NCBI GenBank assembly: GCA_965219415.1 | Contig: OZ244742.1 | Location: 1,984,001 to 2,048,000 of the forward strand | Direction: 5' to 3' | DNA from: Candidatus Marinacidobacterales bacterium | Lineage (GTDB): Bacteria > Acidobacteriota > Vicinamibacteria > Marinacidobacterales > DATDRI01 | DNA: 64,000 bases | In this document: piece after piece, positions 19,298-29,503 of the stretch | Position numbering within the stretch: the first letter of the stretch is position 1 | How the letters are laid out: the number at the start of each line of letters is the position of its first letter | The notes under the pieces: generated by a model | Told to the model about the DNA's origin: nothing | Databases searched by the model: none | What the model saw: only the letters and a program-made list of their open reading frames with translations | Position numbers and translations under genes: made by a program

Positions 19298-20485
19298 TCA
19301 TTTCTCAATCCTCTCGTTTTCGACAGTGTGAACCTTTGGTTGCCGTGAAAAAAAAGGGAGTCCCAATAGGTCCTGCGGCACTTGTGTGTCTGGCATCGAC
19401 TTGAAATGGTGGAATTCAATGGGAATGACTTCCGCTTCCACGACCACAGGCTCCCCGATTGACTCCGAAAGGTACTGGCGCAGTACGTCTGCCATTCTCT
19501 GCATGTCGGGAATCTCTTCCTTGGGTATCACACCGTCGATACCCACGTGCAACAGGCCGTCCCGGTATGTCACATGGAGCGAATCGATCCGACCTGCTCG
19601 AGAAAATAGATCGGGGCGTTGCACGGGAAGCGTTGAGATCAGCCTCATCGTCCTGCTCTTCACACGAAGTCTGTGTAGGGATTCTCCCAACGGCTCGAGC
19701 AGCAAGGCTGAACAGGCGGCGACGACCACGATCCCCACGCTTGCCTTCTTCCAGTGTCCATAGCCTTGCGACAGAAGGACTGCACCGGCGACCACGACGA
19801 TGCCCGCCAAGTTGGCCAGGAAAAGAACGAAGGCGCCCCTCGCAATATCGCTTCCTCCGGAATAAAGCCCTAGCTCAGAAAGGGAGAGCCCGACATCCGC
19901 GGTTGCCTTGCGACCCAATGCCAAGCCGACGCCGCATACCGCAAGGGGCGGTACGAGTGCCACGGCGATGGCAACGCCGGCGATGGAGTTCATGATGCTC
20001 CGGTGGCTGTACGCGAAGGCGGCGGCGCCGGCGGCCATGGCTACGCCAAGGTCGAGGAGCGTCGGCATGGTTCGGCTAAGGATCTCCGAGCCGGCGATCC
20101 TCCAGCCGATCCATTCTGTCGTGAGATAGGCGAACAGGACGACAAGAGCGGCCCCGGAGGTCACGGTCAAAATCGAGCGACTGATCTGGCCCCATCTGAA
20201 AATGACGATTCCGTAGGCGAGCCCCATAATCGGCCCCATGAGGGGCGCGATGATCATCGCTCCAATGATCGCGGGGGCACTGTTAGAAAGCAGTCCGAAG
20301 GTCGCGATGGCGCTCGAGAGAATGAGCATGAAGAAGAAGCCCCACGAGGGAATCGAAGCCTGCTGCATCACAGCGTCGAGCTCGTCGGCCGGAAGTGGTT
20401 TCTCCACGAAGGGCTCCCAACCCCCGGTGAGACGCCGCCATTTCTCGAAGAAGTAATCCCAACTCTTGCGCAAAAAGTCTTTCAT
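19298..20485 (-). CDS. DUF389 (TIGR00341-like) membrane protein
   Basis: IATFGLLSNS, IIGAMIIAPLMGP and GVAIAVALVPPL motifs. Confidence 0.9.
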   Translation of the reverse strand: MKDFLRKSWDYFFEKWRRLTGGWEPFVEKPLPADELDAVMQQASIPSWGFFFMLILSSAIATFGLLSNSAPAIIGAMIIAPLMGPIMGLAYGIVIFRWGQISRSILTVTSGAALVVLFAYLTTEWIGWRIAGSEILSRTMPTLLDLGVAMAAGAAAFAYSHRSIMNSIAGVAIAVALVPPLAVCGVGLALGRKATADVGLSLSELGLYSGGSDIARGAFVLFLANLAGIVVVAGAVLLSQGYGHWKKASVGIVVVAACSALLLEPLGESLHRLRVKSRTMRLISTLPVQRPDLFSRAGRIDSLHVTYRDGLLHVGIDGVIPKEEIPDMQRMADVLRQYLSESIGEPVVVEAEVIPIEFHHFKSMPDTQVPQDLLGLPFFSRQPKVHTVENERIEK

Positions 20486-20506
20486 GAGTCAAAGCCTCTG
20501 ATCAAT

Positions 20507-20547
20507 AAAAAAGAAAAACCCACCGGCGCTCAACGCGCCCGTGGGCT
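20507..20547 (-). terminator. intrinsic terminator of the sigma54 two-gene unit
   Basis: Minus strand: CCCACGGGCGCGTTGAGCGCCGGTGGG hairpin followed by TTTTTCTTTTTT. Confidence 0.75.
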
Positions 20548-20570
20548 AGTCCATAACTTCGACGGTCTGT

Positions 20571-20762
20571 TTACTCGCTGCTTGTTGAGGACGGCGCGTC
20601 GCGGCTGAGGTCGGGACGGCCCGCGATGACGAAGAGCTCCCGGCTTTGGTAGCAGTTCCGCAGAGTCTCCCGGAGGGCCTGCGCCTTGGCTTCTCCGTGG
20701 TGCTTGGCCACGTTCCCCCAGACATCGCTCGCCTCTTCAAGAATGCTTCTCGACGCCTTCAT
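20571..20762 (-). CDS. hypothetical protein, 63 aa
   Basis: CAGGAGGTAGTT RBS before ATG (MKASRSILEE...); followed by a terminator. Confidence 0.65.
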   Translation of the reverse strand: MKASRSILEEASDVWGNVAKHHGEAKAQALRETLRNCYQSRELFVIAGRPDLSRDAPSSTSSE

Positions 20763-20840
20763 AACTACCTCCTGGGTTGGAGAAAGGGAGGTCAAGCTAT
20801 GCCCGACCCGCCGGGTTGTCAAACGGGCCGATCGTATCTG

Positions 20841-21314
20841 CTAGTGGTAAACGACGGGTTGCTCGACTCGGAGGGGCCCCAAGCCGGCGGTGGCCGCGGC
20901 GATGCCCTCGGCAAGCTCGGGATAGTGGGACGACGTCCATGGATTTGTATCACGCCAAGCCTCGACGAAGTCACCGGCTTCCATGAGCGAATAGATCGGA
21001 AGCATTGTGTCGGATAGATCTTTCTCGTAGGAGGCGAGCAGCTCCGGCTCCTCCTTGCAGAGCACGTCGAGGGCCAGCGCAACGGGGGCCACGTCTTCAG
21101 GGAGAATCGAAAAAGGCGCCGCTATCGCGAGGTAAACGAAATCCGGTCTTCCCGCCCAGCGAGCACGTGACTCGAGCGTTCCCGCGAGCCAAGCGTTAGG
21201 GTCACGCCCCGGCCACAGGGTCTTATTAAAGGTGAAGCCAACTTCGGTCTGCGAAACGGACAAGGCCCCTTCCGCACCCTTCAAGATTCGATTCTTGTCT
21301 CGGGTGGATATCAA
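20841..21314 (-). CDS. hypothetical protein, 157 aa
   Basis: GAGGAGG RBS before TTG; sigma54 promoter directly upstream. Confidence 0.7.
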   Translation of the reverse strand: MISTRDKNRILKGAEGALSVSQTEVGFTFNKTLWPGRDPNAWLAGTLESRARWAGRPDFVYLAIAAPFSILPEDVAPVALALDVLCKEEPELLASYEKDLSDTMLPIYSLMEAGDFVEAWRDTNPWTSSHYPELAEGIAAATAGLGPLRVEQPVVYH

Positions 21315-21343
21315 TGGTGCCTACCTCCTCGGTGGCGTAGGAG

Positions 21344-21360
21344 AGCAAGTCACGTGCCAA
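21344..21360 (-). promoter_or_regulatory. sigma54 (RpoN) -24/-12 promoter
   Basis: TTGGCACGTGACTTGCT matches the TGGCACG-N4-TTGCW consensus exactly, 30 nt before the start codon. Confidence 0.8.
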
Positions 21361-21501
21361 ACGCGGACTCGAGTATTTCCAGACAGTTAGCGCATTCCGA
21401 TTCGCTCGTAACTAACCGATGAGATAGCCCGGTCTATCCTTTTGGAGAGCCTAGGAAGAGAGTTGCCTCCGCCGGGACTTTGCTGCAAGCTATGATGGCG
21501 G

Positions 21502-23103
21502 GTGCCGATAGCCCGATCTTCCATCATCAACGTCAAAGAGGTGCGCACCGAAATGCAGGTCCGTGAGCTTGTCCATCCACATCGCCGAAACGGGATCCAC
21601 TTAGTTTTCACACTGTCTCTTGGGGTGGCGTTGGCCGCCTGTGGAGGAAAAAAAGAGGTCGCCGCTCCCTCGCCGACCCCCACTTCGCAGGCTGCCAAGA
21701 CGCCTCAGCGGAGCTCAGAAACCTCACCGCCACCGCCCTCGGAAGAAGTGCAAACGCTCTACAGAGGGCTCGACCAGGTAGAGGATGAGTTCGGAGCGAT
21801 CCTCGAGCGGCTGTCTGCCGGCGAGACGGTCGGGGACGAGGAGCTCGTAGCGCTCGGGCAGCGTCTGCAAGCGGGCGCGCGCCTGTGCGCGGAGACGCAA
21901 GGCTGCGACACGCTTCGCTTCCTCGACGTCATGGGCAGTCTCGTCGAGGAACAAACCGTGGCCCTCACCGACCAGGCTTCTCAACTCGAGGCTCTGAGCA
22001 ACGAGGCCGACACGATCGACGAAGAGCTTTCGCTAGAGTCTGGAAGTTCTTCCATCGTGAATGCGATGCCGGAGCTCGGCGACACCGTGTCGCTCCTGCG
22101 CGGCAACGACCTTCGCGAGATGATCCATCTCAACGGACCGGTCAAGGCCGCCCTCGACGATTGGCTCACTTGGAACCGCCCCATGCTCATGAACTCCTAC
22201 GAGCACTACCAATATCTCAGCGACAAGATCGCGCCCATCTATGAAGAGGCGGGGCTCCCGGAAGCGTTGCTCTTCGCGATGATCGCCACCGAGACCGGTG
22301 GAAGAGTCCATTCCTATTCTCACGCCGGTGCGGCGGGCCTTCTCCAATTCATCCGCTCGACGGGAAGGCGCTACGGGCTCCGAGAAGTGGACGGTTTCGA
22401 CATGCGGCTGGATCCCGAGGCCGCCACGCGTGCCAACGTCGCCTACCTGAACGATCAGTTCGAAGTTCTCAATGACAGCCTCGAGTTGACCCTCGCCGCA
22501 TACAACGGGGGCGAGTATCGCATGAAGCGTCTACAACGGCGGTACAAGACGGGCTTTTGGGATCAGCGGGTTTACTATCGCGTGCCCAGGGAAACACGCG
22601 AGTATGTACCTCGTATTCTTGCCGCGGCATGGCTTTTTCTTCACCCCGAAGACTACAACCTCGAGTTCCCGGCCCTCGAAAATGAGCTGGCCGAGCTCGC
22701 CTTGAAAAACGATGCCTCACTCGGGGAGCTCACGATCTGCTTGGGTCAAGTCGAGAGCCACAACGGTTGGTTTCGTACCCTTCGAAACCTTAACCCTCGC
22801 CTCAGCCCGGGGGAACGGGCCGAGGCCGGCGATACCATCACCATCCCGAAACTGCTCGTGCCTTACTACGAGGAGCGATGCGTTGAAGGGAGTTTGGTCG
22901 AGACGGCGTTCGAGCTCCACGAAGCCAACTATCCATACGGCAAGATGGACGTCTACGTCGTCCGCAAGGGTGACACGTTGGGACGTATCGCCTCCCGCTA
23001 CCGGTGTGTCACCACTCGGGAGCTCGCCGAAACCAACAACGTGCGTGCCCCCCGCTACCTTATTAGGGTGGGACAACAACTGAGGATCCCAGGCTGCCCC
23101 TAG
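21502..23103 (+). CDS. lipoprotein lytic transglycosylase (SLT + LysM, MltD-like)
   Basis: Lipobox LAAC, ETG catalytic Glu, AAGLLQF, AAYNGGE, ETREYV and C-terminal LysM (YVVRKGDTL); true start may be 21553. Confidence 0.9.
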   Translation: MPIARSSIINVKEVRTEMQVRELVHPHRRNGIHLVFTLSLGVALAACGGKKEVAAPSPTPTSQAAKTPQRSSETSPPPPSEEVQTLYRGLDQVEDEFGAILERLSAGETVGDEELVALGQRLQAGARLCAETQGCDTLRFLDVMGSLVEEQTVALTDQASQLEALSNEADTIDEELSLESGSSSIVNAMPELGDTVSLLRGNDLREMIHLNGPVKAALDDWLTWNRPMLMNSYEHYQYLSDKIAPIYEEAGLPEALLFAMIATETGGRVHSYSHAGAAGLLQFIRSTGRRYGLREVDGFDMRLDPEAATRANVAYLNDQFEVLNDSLELTLAAYNGGEYRMKRLQRRYKTGFWDQRVYYRVPRETREYVPRILAAAWLFLHPEDYNLEFPALENELAELALKNDASLGELTICLGQVESHNGWFRTLRNLNPRLSPGERAEAGDTITIPKLLVPYYEERCVEGSLVETAFELHEANYPYGKMDVYVVRKGDTLGRIASRYRCVTTRELAETNNVRAPRYLIRVGQQLRIPGCP

Positions 23104-23168
23104 AGCGGTAAGTGCCCGGACCCGACTCGAGCCTCCCCCGCGGCTCCGCGTTTCTTTCGAAAAAACCC

Positions 23169-23196
23169 TCGACAAAACAGAAATTTTCGGTACAAT
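23169..23196 (+). promoter_or_regulatory. possible sigma70 promoter
   Basis: TCGACA-N16-TACAAT in an AT-rich intergenic stretch. Confidence 0.4.
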
Positions 23197-23543
23197 CTGG
23201 GGCCATCCAATGAATTATTAGCTCCCTGAGCGGGAGCCTGTGTGGGGTTTGGGGGGTACGCCGATGCCCAAACTGGCCCAGGTGCCGAAAGTTGCGCCAT
23301 GAAACCGTGTCCACTCGTCCTGCCGGCGTGGCCGGCATGAGTGGAGCCGCCTGCCGGCCCGGTCCCATCCCCTACGTTTCAAGGGGGCTTCGTGTCCGAC
23401 TCTGAGAACAAAACCCCGGGGTCAGATCGATTCAACGAGTTACCCGATCGGGACGGCGAGCTCTTCGACTGGGGAGTCTGGAGCTCTTCCGATGAGGCTC
23501 CAGAAGCGTTGCTGCCTGGCGAGAGCGAGCAAGCGGAAGAATC

Positions 23544-24983
23544 GTGTCCACCGCGTCGGCCTCGACCTTCGAGATCCCCCCATCCACCGCAACCGCGGTG
23601 GATGGGTCGCACTTCGCAGCGAGGATTTGGGCGGACGATCCACTGATGGCGGTGACCGTGTACTTTCGTAAGAAGGGAGACGGACTCCAACTGGTAGGCC
23701 TCGAGCGGCACTGGCCGGGAAAGGTCATCGCTACTCCGGAATTTGAGATCGACACCGGGCGAAGCCGCTATACCGACCTTCAGGACCGGCAAACAGAGCT
23801 CTTCGACGTTTTCACGAAGAATTACAACGAAGAAACGGAAAAGAACTTGACCGGGCAGGAGCATTTCGACTCTTTACCCATCTCCTACCGCACGACCTAC
23901 GATGCGGTCACCCACGCATTGATGAACTCCCAGTTAACGGACGAGGAGGGGAACTCACTGGACACTGCGATCGATCTGGTCGAGCGTGTCGATCGGATCG
24001 CCGGTCAATACTACGGAAGATCCGGGGACGAGCAATTCCGCATCTACGCAGATCTCGTCCCGAACGCCAGGGAGACCCTCGACGAGTCCCAGGAGTTCTT
24101 CCGCGACAAGGAGAACACCGTCTACCACGTTGGGTACCCCACTAGTTTCCGTCAGATCGGGAGGGTTCCGAACATTCAATTCTCGGTTTCTGGCAACGGC
24201 ACTCGGGCCGATATCGATGTCGACTACCGCTCGAGCAAGATGCCGCAGGCCATGTTCAACGGTCACCTCACCTCGGCCAATTCGGATGTTCGGGCGGGCG
24301 ACAACTCTGTCCGCCACGCCGCCCGGTGGGAAGGTTTCGTCGCTTGGTGGAGAGAGGTCTTCGGCGGCCTGAAGAAAAGGAAAGACTCGCGCGGTACGGA
24401 CATCCTGGCCCAGGAGCTTCCGGAGCCCCCCACGCCACTACCCGCCGATCGACCCCGAGACGCCGAGCCCGCCGAGATCCATGAAGCGGCGCAGGAGTTC
24501 CTCACCGATTGGTTGGTGCGGAGAAAACCCGAGGAAGCGCTCAAGTTTCTCTCGGATCGCGCGTTGGCCTGTTTGAACACGGACGATGACGTAACGCTCG
24601 AGCTTCTTCGAGAGAACCAGGCTCGCGATGTCGTTCGGACGCTCATGGAGTACACCAATGACGAGTTGGGGGACCGCGACAATTTGACGGAAGCCATCGA
24701 CATCATCCTTCCCTGGGATCCGACATCGCTGGTGGTCGGCCAGCCCTACGAGGAAGACTTCGCGCTCGTTGAAATGCCCGATGAGAAAGCCGTTCAATAT
24801 CTCTGCGACCGCAAGCCTACCCGTCAAGAGGCGGAATCGACTGAGGCGGGCAACCTGACCTACGGCACTTACTACGCAGTCGTGTTTCGCTTCAAGGCCG
24901 AGGGGGGCGGCGTCCTAGGGCTCCTTTGGGAACGCGAGGGTCGCGGTTGGCGTATCGTGTCCTATCGAAGCTTTCAGCAATGA
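23544..24983 (+). CDS. hypothetical protein, probably frameshifted or truncated at the 5' end
   Basis: 479-aa ORF with natural composition; upstream ORF 23341-23646 may supply the N-terminus through a frameshift near 23545. Confidence 0.7.
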   Translation: MSTASASTFEIPPSTATAVDGSHFAARIWADDPLMAVTVYFRKKGDGLQLVGLERHWPGKVIATPEFEIDTGRSRYTDLQDRQTELFDVFTKNYNEETEKNLTGQEHFDSLPISYRTTYDAVTHALMNSQLTDEEGNSLDTAIDLVERVDRIAGQYYGRSGDEQFRIYADLVPNARETLDESQEFFRDKENTVYHVGYPTSFRQIGRVPNIQFSVSGNGTRADIDVDYRSSKMPQAMFNGHLTSANSDVRAGDNSVRHAARWEGFVAWWREVFGGLKKRKDSRGTDILAQELPEPPTPLPADRPRDAEPAEIHEAAQEFLTDWLVRRKPEEALKFLSDRALACLNTDDDVTLELLRENQARDVVRTLMEYTNDELGDRDNLTEAIDIILPWDPTSLVVGQPYEEDFALVEMPDEKAVQYLCDRKPTRQEAESTEAGNLTYGTYYAVVFRFKAEGGGVLGLLWEREGRGWRIVSYRSFQQ

Positions 24984-25043
24984 GCTAGAGCTCCGACCTC
25001 TGCGCGGGCAGGCATCCGGATCCCAAGGTTGCAATCACCGTAA

Positions 25044-26756
25044 TCAAGGTTGAGAAGCGAGGGCGGAGAGGTCACTATACACTTCCTCCCCACCGACTAG
25101 AGTGAGAAGAACGTGAGCGTCCTTGATCTGTCCCGGCGGGATCTGGAAGAGGTTATCCGACATCATGACGAGGTCGGCGTACTTCCCTACCTCGATTGAA
25201 CCGCGGTTTTCCTCGAGGAAATTCGCGTAGGCGCCACCCAACGTGTAGGCCTCGACCGCCGTCTCTACGTTCACCCGTTGCTCCGGGATCCAACCGTCGG
25301 GAGGTTCGTTGTCCAGACCACGACGCGTTACCGCGGTGAAAATCCCTACCACCGGCTCCATCTCCGACACGTCCCAGTCGCTGGCGAAAGCAAGCCGAGC
25401 ACCCGCATCATCCAGGCTCCGCAGAGCCCAAGCGTATTCCGATCGCTGCGGCCCGATGCTGGCGGCCCAATACTCGCTGATGTCGGGTGCGCAGTGTCGG
25501 GGCTGCATGCAGGCGGTCACATCGAGCTCCTTGAAGCGCGGAATGTCTTCCGGAGACAGGATCTCCACGTGCACGAGCTGGTGACGGCTGTCTCGTGGTC
25601 CGTTGGCGCGGCGCGCGTGTTCCAAAGCGTCGAGTGCGACTCGAATTCCCCGGTCACCGATGGCGTGAATGAAGAGCTGAAAACCCCGCCCGTCCAGCCG
25701 GGTGACGGCCTCATTGAAGGTCTCCGGGGCATAGAACGTGTCTCCTCGCTCCCCGGGAAGATCGGCATAGGGCTCGAGCAGCGCCGCGGTGCGTGGCTCG
25801 ATCACATCGTCGATGTAGAGCTTGATGGCGGATACGCGGATGCGCTCATCGTCGTAATCTCGCCTCGCTTCGACAAAGCGGTCGACTTCCTCCTCGGTCG
25901 TTCCCGGCGGGTGATAGAGCGCGATTTGAAGTCGACTCTTCAAGTGTCCTTCTTCCAAAGCCTTCTCGTACATCGAGAGCCGCCGGACGGAAGCCTGCGG
26001 CTCGACGATGGTCGTGATCCCGTATCTGATCGCATCGGAGAGGTTCTTCTTCAAACTCGCGTAGCGATCTTCTCGGTCGCGACTCGGGACGTGCTGCCAC
26101 AGGCTCTCCTCGGCCTCGCCGGTGATCCCCATCGTGCCTCTGAGTATTCCGGTCGGCTTACCTTGCCCATCTAGAACAAGCTCCCCGAAAGGAACTCTTT
26201 CCGTGTCCGGCGTGATGCCCACGCTGTCCATCGCCGCGCGGTTGAGCCAGATGGTGTGGGCGTCGTAAGAAATGAACAAAGCGGGACGGCCTCCGGTCAG
26301 CCCAGCGAGGTCGTCCGCCGTCGGGAGTCCCCCATCAGGAAACAGGTTGTACTCCCAGCCGTCGCCCTGAATCCACTCTAGATCGGGTCGCTCCTCGGAA
26401 AACGCGCGGACTGCTTCTTGAAGCTCGGTCAGGCTTCCAAATCCAAAGAGGCTGACCGCGTCGGGGTTCGAACCGGCCCATATGTGGTTATGGCTGTCTA
26501 TGAAACCAGGTAGAACGAGCCGGCCCCCTGCGTCGATGACTCGAGTGCTCTCACCCACGTACCCTTCCGCACCATCGTTGGATCCGACATAGGAGATCTG
26601 CTCCCCTTTCACTGCAACCGACTCCGCCCAGGGTCGATCGGAATCCACCGTATAGACCCGGGCGTTTCGGATGACGAGGTCAGCAGACTTATCTGTCGTC
26701 TCTTGACAGGACCAGCAGATCCCAGAAAGAAGAAGTGAGATTACTATTTTCCGCAT
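25044..26756 (-). CDS. amidohydrolase (YtcJ-like / Amidohydro_3), lipoprotein
   Basis: PGFIDSHNH, HAIGDRG, HVE, QPRH, GSIEVGKYAD motifs; lipobox-like CWSC. Confidence 0.92.
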   Translation of the reverse strand: MRKIVISLLLSGICWSCQETTDKSADLVIRNARVYTVDSDRPWAESVAVKGEQISYVGSNDGAEGYVGESTRVIDAGGRLVLPGFIDSHNHIWAGSNPDAVSLFGFGSLTELQEAVRAFSEERPDLEWIQGDGWEYNLFPDGGLPTADDLAGLTGGRPALFISYDAHTIWLNRAAMDSVGITPDTERVPFGELVLDGQGKPTGILRGTMGITGEAEESLWQHVPSRDREDRYASLKKNLSDAIRYGITTIVEPQASVRRLSMYEKALEEGHLKSRLQIALYHPPGTTEEEVDRFVEARRDYDDERIRVSAIKLYIDDVIEPRTAALLEPYADLPGERGDTFYAPETFNEAVTRLDGRGFQLFIHAIGDRGIRVALDALEHARRANGPRDSRHQLVHVEILSPEDIPRFKELDVTACMQPRHCAPDISEYWAASIGPQRSEYAWALRSLDDAGARLAFASDWDVSEMEPVVGIFTAVTRRGLDNEPPDGWIPEQRVNVETAVEAYTLGGAYANFLEENRGSIEVGKYADLVMMSDNLFQIPPGQIKDAHVLLTLVGGEEVYSDLSALASQP

Positions 26757-26933
26757 TGGACCCTTTCTTCGGATCCGTGAAGAAGTTCCACCGCACGTGG
26801 CCGCCCTGCCCTCGCTTCACTCGAGTCAATTCGCGCCGGAACCGCAGAAGAACTGCGGCCTCAAGTCGTCGAAGAGAGTCATTTCCTGTGGCTAACTGTT
26901 TTCCATCGGGTTATCTCGAGAACGCTTTGGCGC

Positions 26934-27572
26934 TCAGCTGTGGTCAGCGTAGCTGGGCGTCAGTTGCAGTTCCTTCCGAGGCGCCGCGTCCAGCTCCGCC
27001 CCAGTTTCGAGCACGAATGTTGACCGAATGCTGTCCTTGGGAGCCGGCGCGGGCCAAATCGGGAGGCGCTCGCCAAGCCAGTGCGACAAGACGCAAACGC
27101 GGAAGTACTTCTCGTGCTCCCACTCCACCTCGGCCATGGTGAGGAGGCAGTCCACCCATTCTCGCCGCCCACAAGCCCACGCGTATCGCGCGGCGTCCTC
27201 ATATTCCCGAACGTTCCGGCTCTCGAGTTTTCCGGCTCCATACATCGGAGCGAGCCAACCCGAGATGTGGCAGAGAAGGCCGAGGGTTCGACCGATGAGA
27301 AAAGCCCTTGCCTCGCGGAACTTGCTCGGCGAGGCGCCCATGGCCCGCAGCATCTCCCCCACCTGGCGCCGATGCTGCCACTCTTCTTCCTCGATTTCCT
27401 TGATGTGAGCTCGCTCCGCCGGGTTCGAGACGGAACGCCAGTGCCCGCGGTAAGCGTGTGCGGCTACGAGTTCGCCCGAGTAAGCGAGCCTCAGAATTGC
27501 TGCGAGATTTCGTGAACTGTTTGTCCTGTCACTTTCCACGAACTCGCGCTCCACGATCAGCATTGTAGACAA
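26934..27572 (-). CDS. ferritin-like diiron protein (COQ7-like)
   Basis: AYSGE, EEWQH, LE and EWEHE carboxylate/His motifs. Confidence 0.82.
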   Translation of the reverse strand: MSTMLIVEREFVESDRTNSSRNLAAILRLAYSGELVAAHAYRGHWRSVSNPAERAHIKEIEEEEWQHRRQVGEMLRAMGASPSKFREARAFLIGRTLGLLCHISGWLAPMYGAGKLESRNVREYEDAARYAWACGRREWVDCLLTMAEVEWEHEKYFRVCVLSHWLGERLPIWPAPAPKDSIRSTFVLETGAELDAAPRKELQLTPSYADHS

Positions 27573-27726
27573 GAAGCGCTTCGATTTTCAATTAGTCAAC
27601 GACGATTGGATCGAACGGAAGTCCTGGAGCCGCGACAATGTCAGACAAAAGTCTTGCCTGGGCAAGATTCTTTGCTAAGTCGCTTACACTCCTTCAACGG
27701 AAGTTCGTTTCTCGGGGGAACCCTTC

Positions 27727-28074
27727 TCACGCCCGCGGACCCCAAAGAATGACGGCGGCACCGATCAGACAGATGAGCGCCCCCGCAATGTCCCAAATGT
27801 CGGGCCAGATGCCTTCCACGATCCACAGCCACAGGAGGGAGCTGGCAATGTAGACACCTCCATACGCCGCGAACGCCCTTCCTGCATAAGCCGAGTCCAC
27901 CCTCGTCAGACAAACGGCAAAAAGCACCAGGCTCCCAATTCCAGCAACGGTCCACCAAGGCGTGCGCCCAAGGCGAAGCCAAGCCCAAAACGCGAAGCAC
28001 CCAGCGATCTCGAAGAAAGCGGCGAGCACGAAAAAACCGTTGGCGGGAAGCAGCACTGTAGGCGAGGATACCAT
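27727..28074 (-). CDS. YnfA (UPF0060) small membrane protein
   Basis: [11 protein letters not shown] and [12 protein letters not shown] motifs; ATG at 28074 after GAGG. Confidence 0.92.
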   Translation of the reverse strand: MVSSPTVLLPANGFFVLAAFFEIAGCFAFWAWLRLGRTPWWTVAGIGSLVLFAVCLTRVDSAYAGRAFAAYGGVYIASSLLWLWIVEGIWPDIWDIAGALICLIGAAVILWGPRA

Positions 28075-28150
28075 ACGGTTATCCTCACCTGGCGTCCCCA
28101 CCAACCTCGCGCATGCTGCGGTGAGCTCATCACCGAGCGTTCTAATTCGG

Positions 28151-29503
28151 CTAGGTCGTCCCTTCCATCCGCTGCAGCACGTGCTCCCGCACCCACTTGG
28201 GGTCCCACCATTCGAGTGGAGTCACCTGAACACCCCGGAGCAAGATCGAAAAGTGCAGGTGGTCTCCCACGGCAAGGCCAGTTGTCCCGGTCCGGCCCAG
28301 CGTCTGACCTTTCGACACGGACTGGCCGTTCTTCACGTCGATGCTACTGAGATGTCCGTAGAGCGAGAAAAGCCCTAGCCCGTGATCCAGGATGACGCAG
28401 TTCCCGTAGATGCCCAGATAGTCCGCAAAGACTACGTCTCCGCCGTTGGCTGCCTCCACCGGACTGCGGGCGAGCGACGCCAGATCGAACCCCAAGTGGG
28501 TCTGCTGGTCGACCTTCTCACCATGGTAGTAGTAGCTGCGACGATCGGCGAACGAAGACTCCACTTGAGAGTTGCTGAGCTGCTGGAAAGGTTCGTTCCA
28601 CAGGCGGGTCGATTTTGAGGTCGAGGTTATCTCGCCGATGCGCTCCTGTGTGATCGAGCGCAGCTCGCTGTTGATGGCCAGGAAGGTCTCGCGCGGCGTC
28701 TCACCGTGTTCGATATCCTTCGTGTGAGAAAGGATCTTTGGCGCGATGTCTTCAATGAGGCGATCGCTCACTTCGATACGGCGCTGGCGGAACTCGCGCG
28801 GAAACGTCTTGATCCAAAAGCCTGTCTCACTGCCGTTTCCGGCACGGTCTTCGGCCCATGCCACGATGGGGACGTCGGGTGACTCGTCGTAGGGCAAACC
28901 AAAGAGGCACACATGAGTGCCTTCGGGTTGACCACCGAGGGGAAATCCCGAGAAAACACGATTCCCGACCCGAACCCCCGAGGCTCCATCGCCCTCCGAT
29001 ACGTGGTAAATCACGGCCTCGGAGCCCCCTTGTCGCAGGTAGTGTTGACTCGAGAGCACTTCGATGCGCGGCGGCGTCAGGTCGAGGGTGAGAGCGCGCA
29101 CGTCCACCACCCGCCTGCGGAAGAACCAGAGGTTCGCTTGATCGGCGACCGCCACCGCGACCTCGAACTCCCCTTCTTGCAGTGAGGCCTTCTCCCTCAG
29201 GTCCTTGGCATCGATGACAATCTCCTCCCGCCCCGGGCGTTGCTGCCAGGGAAGCCAGCTCGTCGAGTACACACGGGAGAACACGGTCTCGACGTTTCCA
29301 TTCTGCCTCACCTCGACCAAGATGCTCCGCAGTCCCCTCCCCTCGTCTTGCACGGTGAGCCCCAGCTCGGAGCCCTCTCCGAGAAACTCCGGACCGATCC
29401 AGTTGACCGTCGGCGGCGAAACATCCCAGAACCAGATGCTCACAAGCAGCAGAATCAAGGCGGCGGCAAATCCGAAATATTTCATTACTCTCCAGAACCT
29501 CAC
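28151..29503 (-). CDS. M23-family metallopeptidase
   Basis: HLGFD, YGHL and HLHF motifs; N-terminal TM. Confidence 0.93.
   Translation of the reverse strand: MRFWRVMKYFGFAAALILLLVSIWFWDVSPPTVNWIGPEFLGEGSELGLTVQDEGRGLRSILVEVRQNGNVETVFSRVYSTSWLPWQQRPGREEIVIDAKDLREKASLQEGEFEVAVAVADQANLWFFRRRVVDVRALTLDLTPPRIEVLSSQHYLRQGGSEAVIYHVSEGDGASGVRVGNRVFSGFPLGGQPEGTHVCLFGLPYDESPDVPIVAWAEDRAGNGSETGFWIKTFPREFRQRRIEVSDRLIEDIAPKILSHTKDIEHGETPRETFLAINSELRSITQERIGEITSTSKSTRLWNEPFQQLSNSQVESSFADRRSYYYHGEKVDQQTHLGFDLASLARSPVEAANGGDVVFADYLGIYGNCVILDHGLGLFSLYGHLSSIDVKNGQSVSKGQTLGRTGTTGLAVGDHLHFSILLRGVQVTPLEWWDPKWVREHVLQRMEGTT

Noticed and set aside
23412-23430. Second CCGGGGTCAGATCG match to the 14366 element
   Set aside because: No partner inverted repeat nearby and it probably lies in coding sequence; may be chance.
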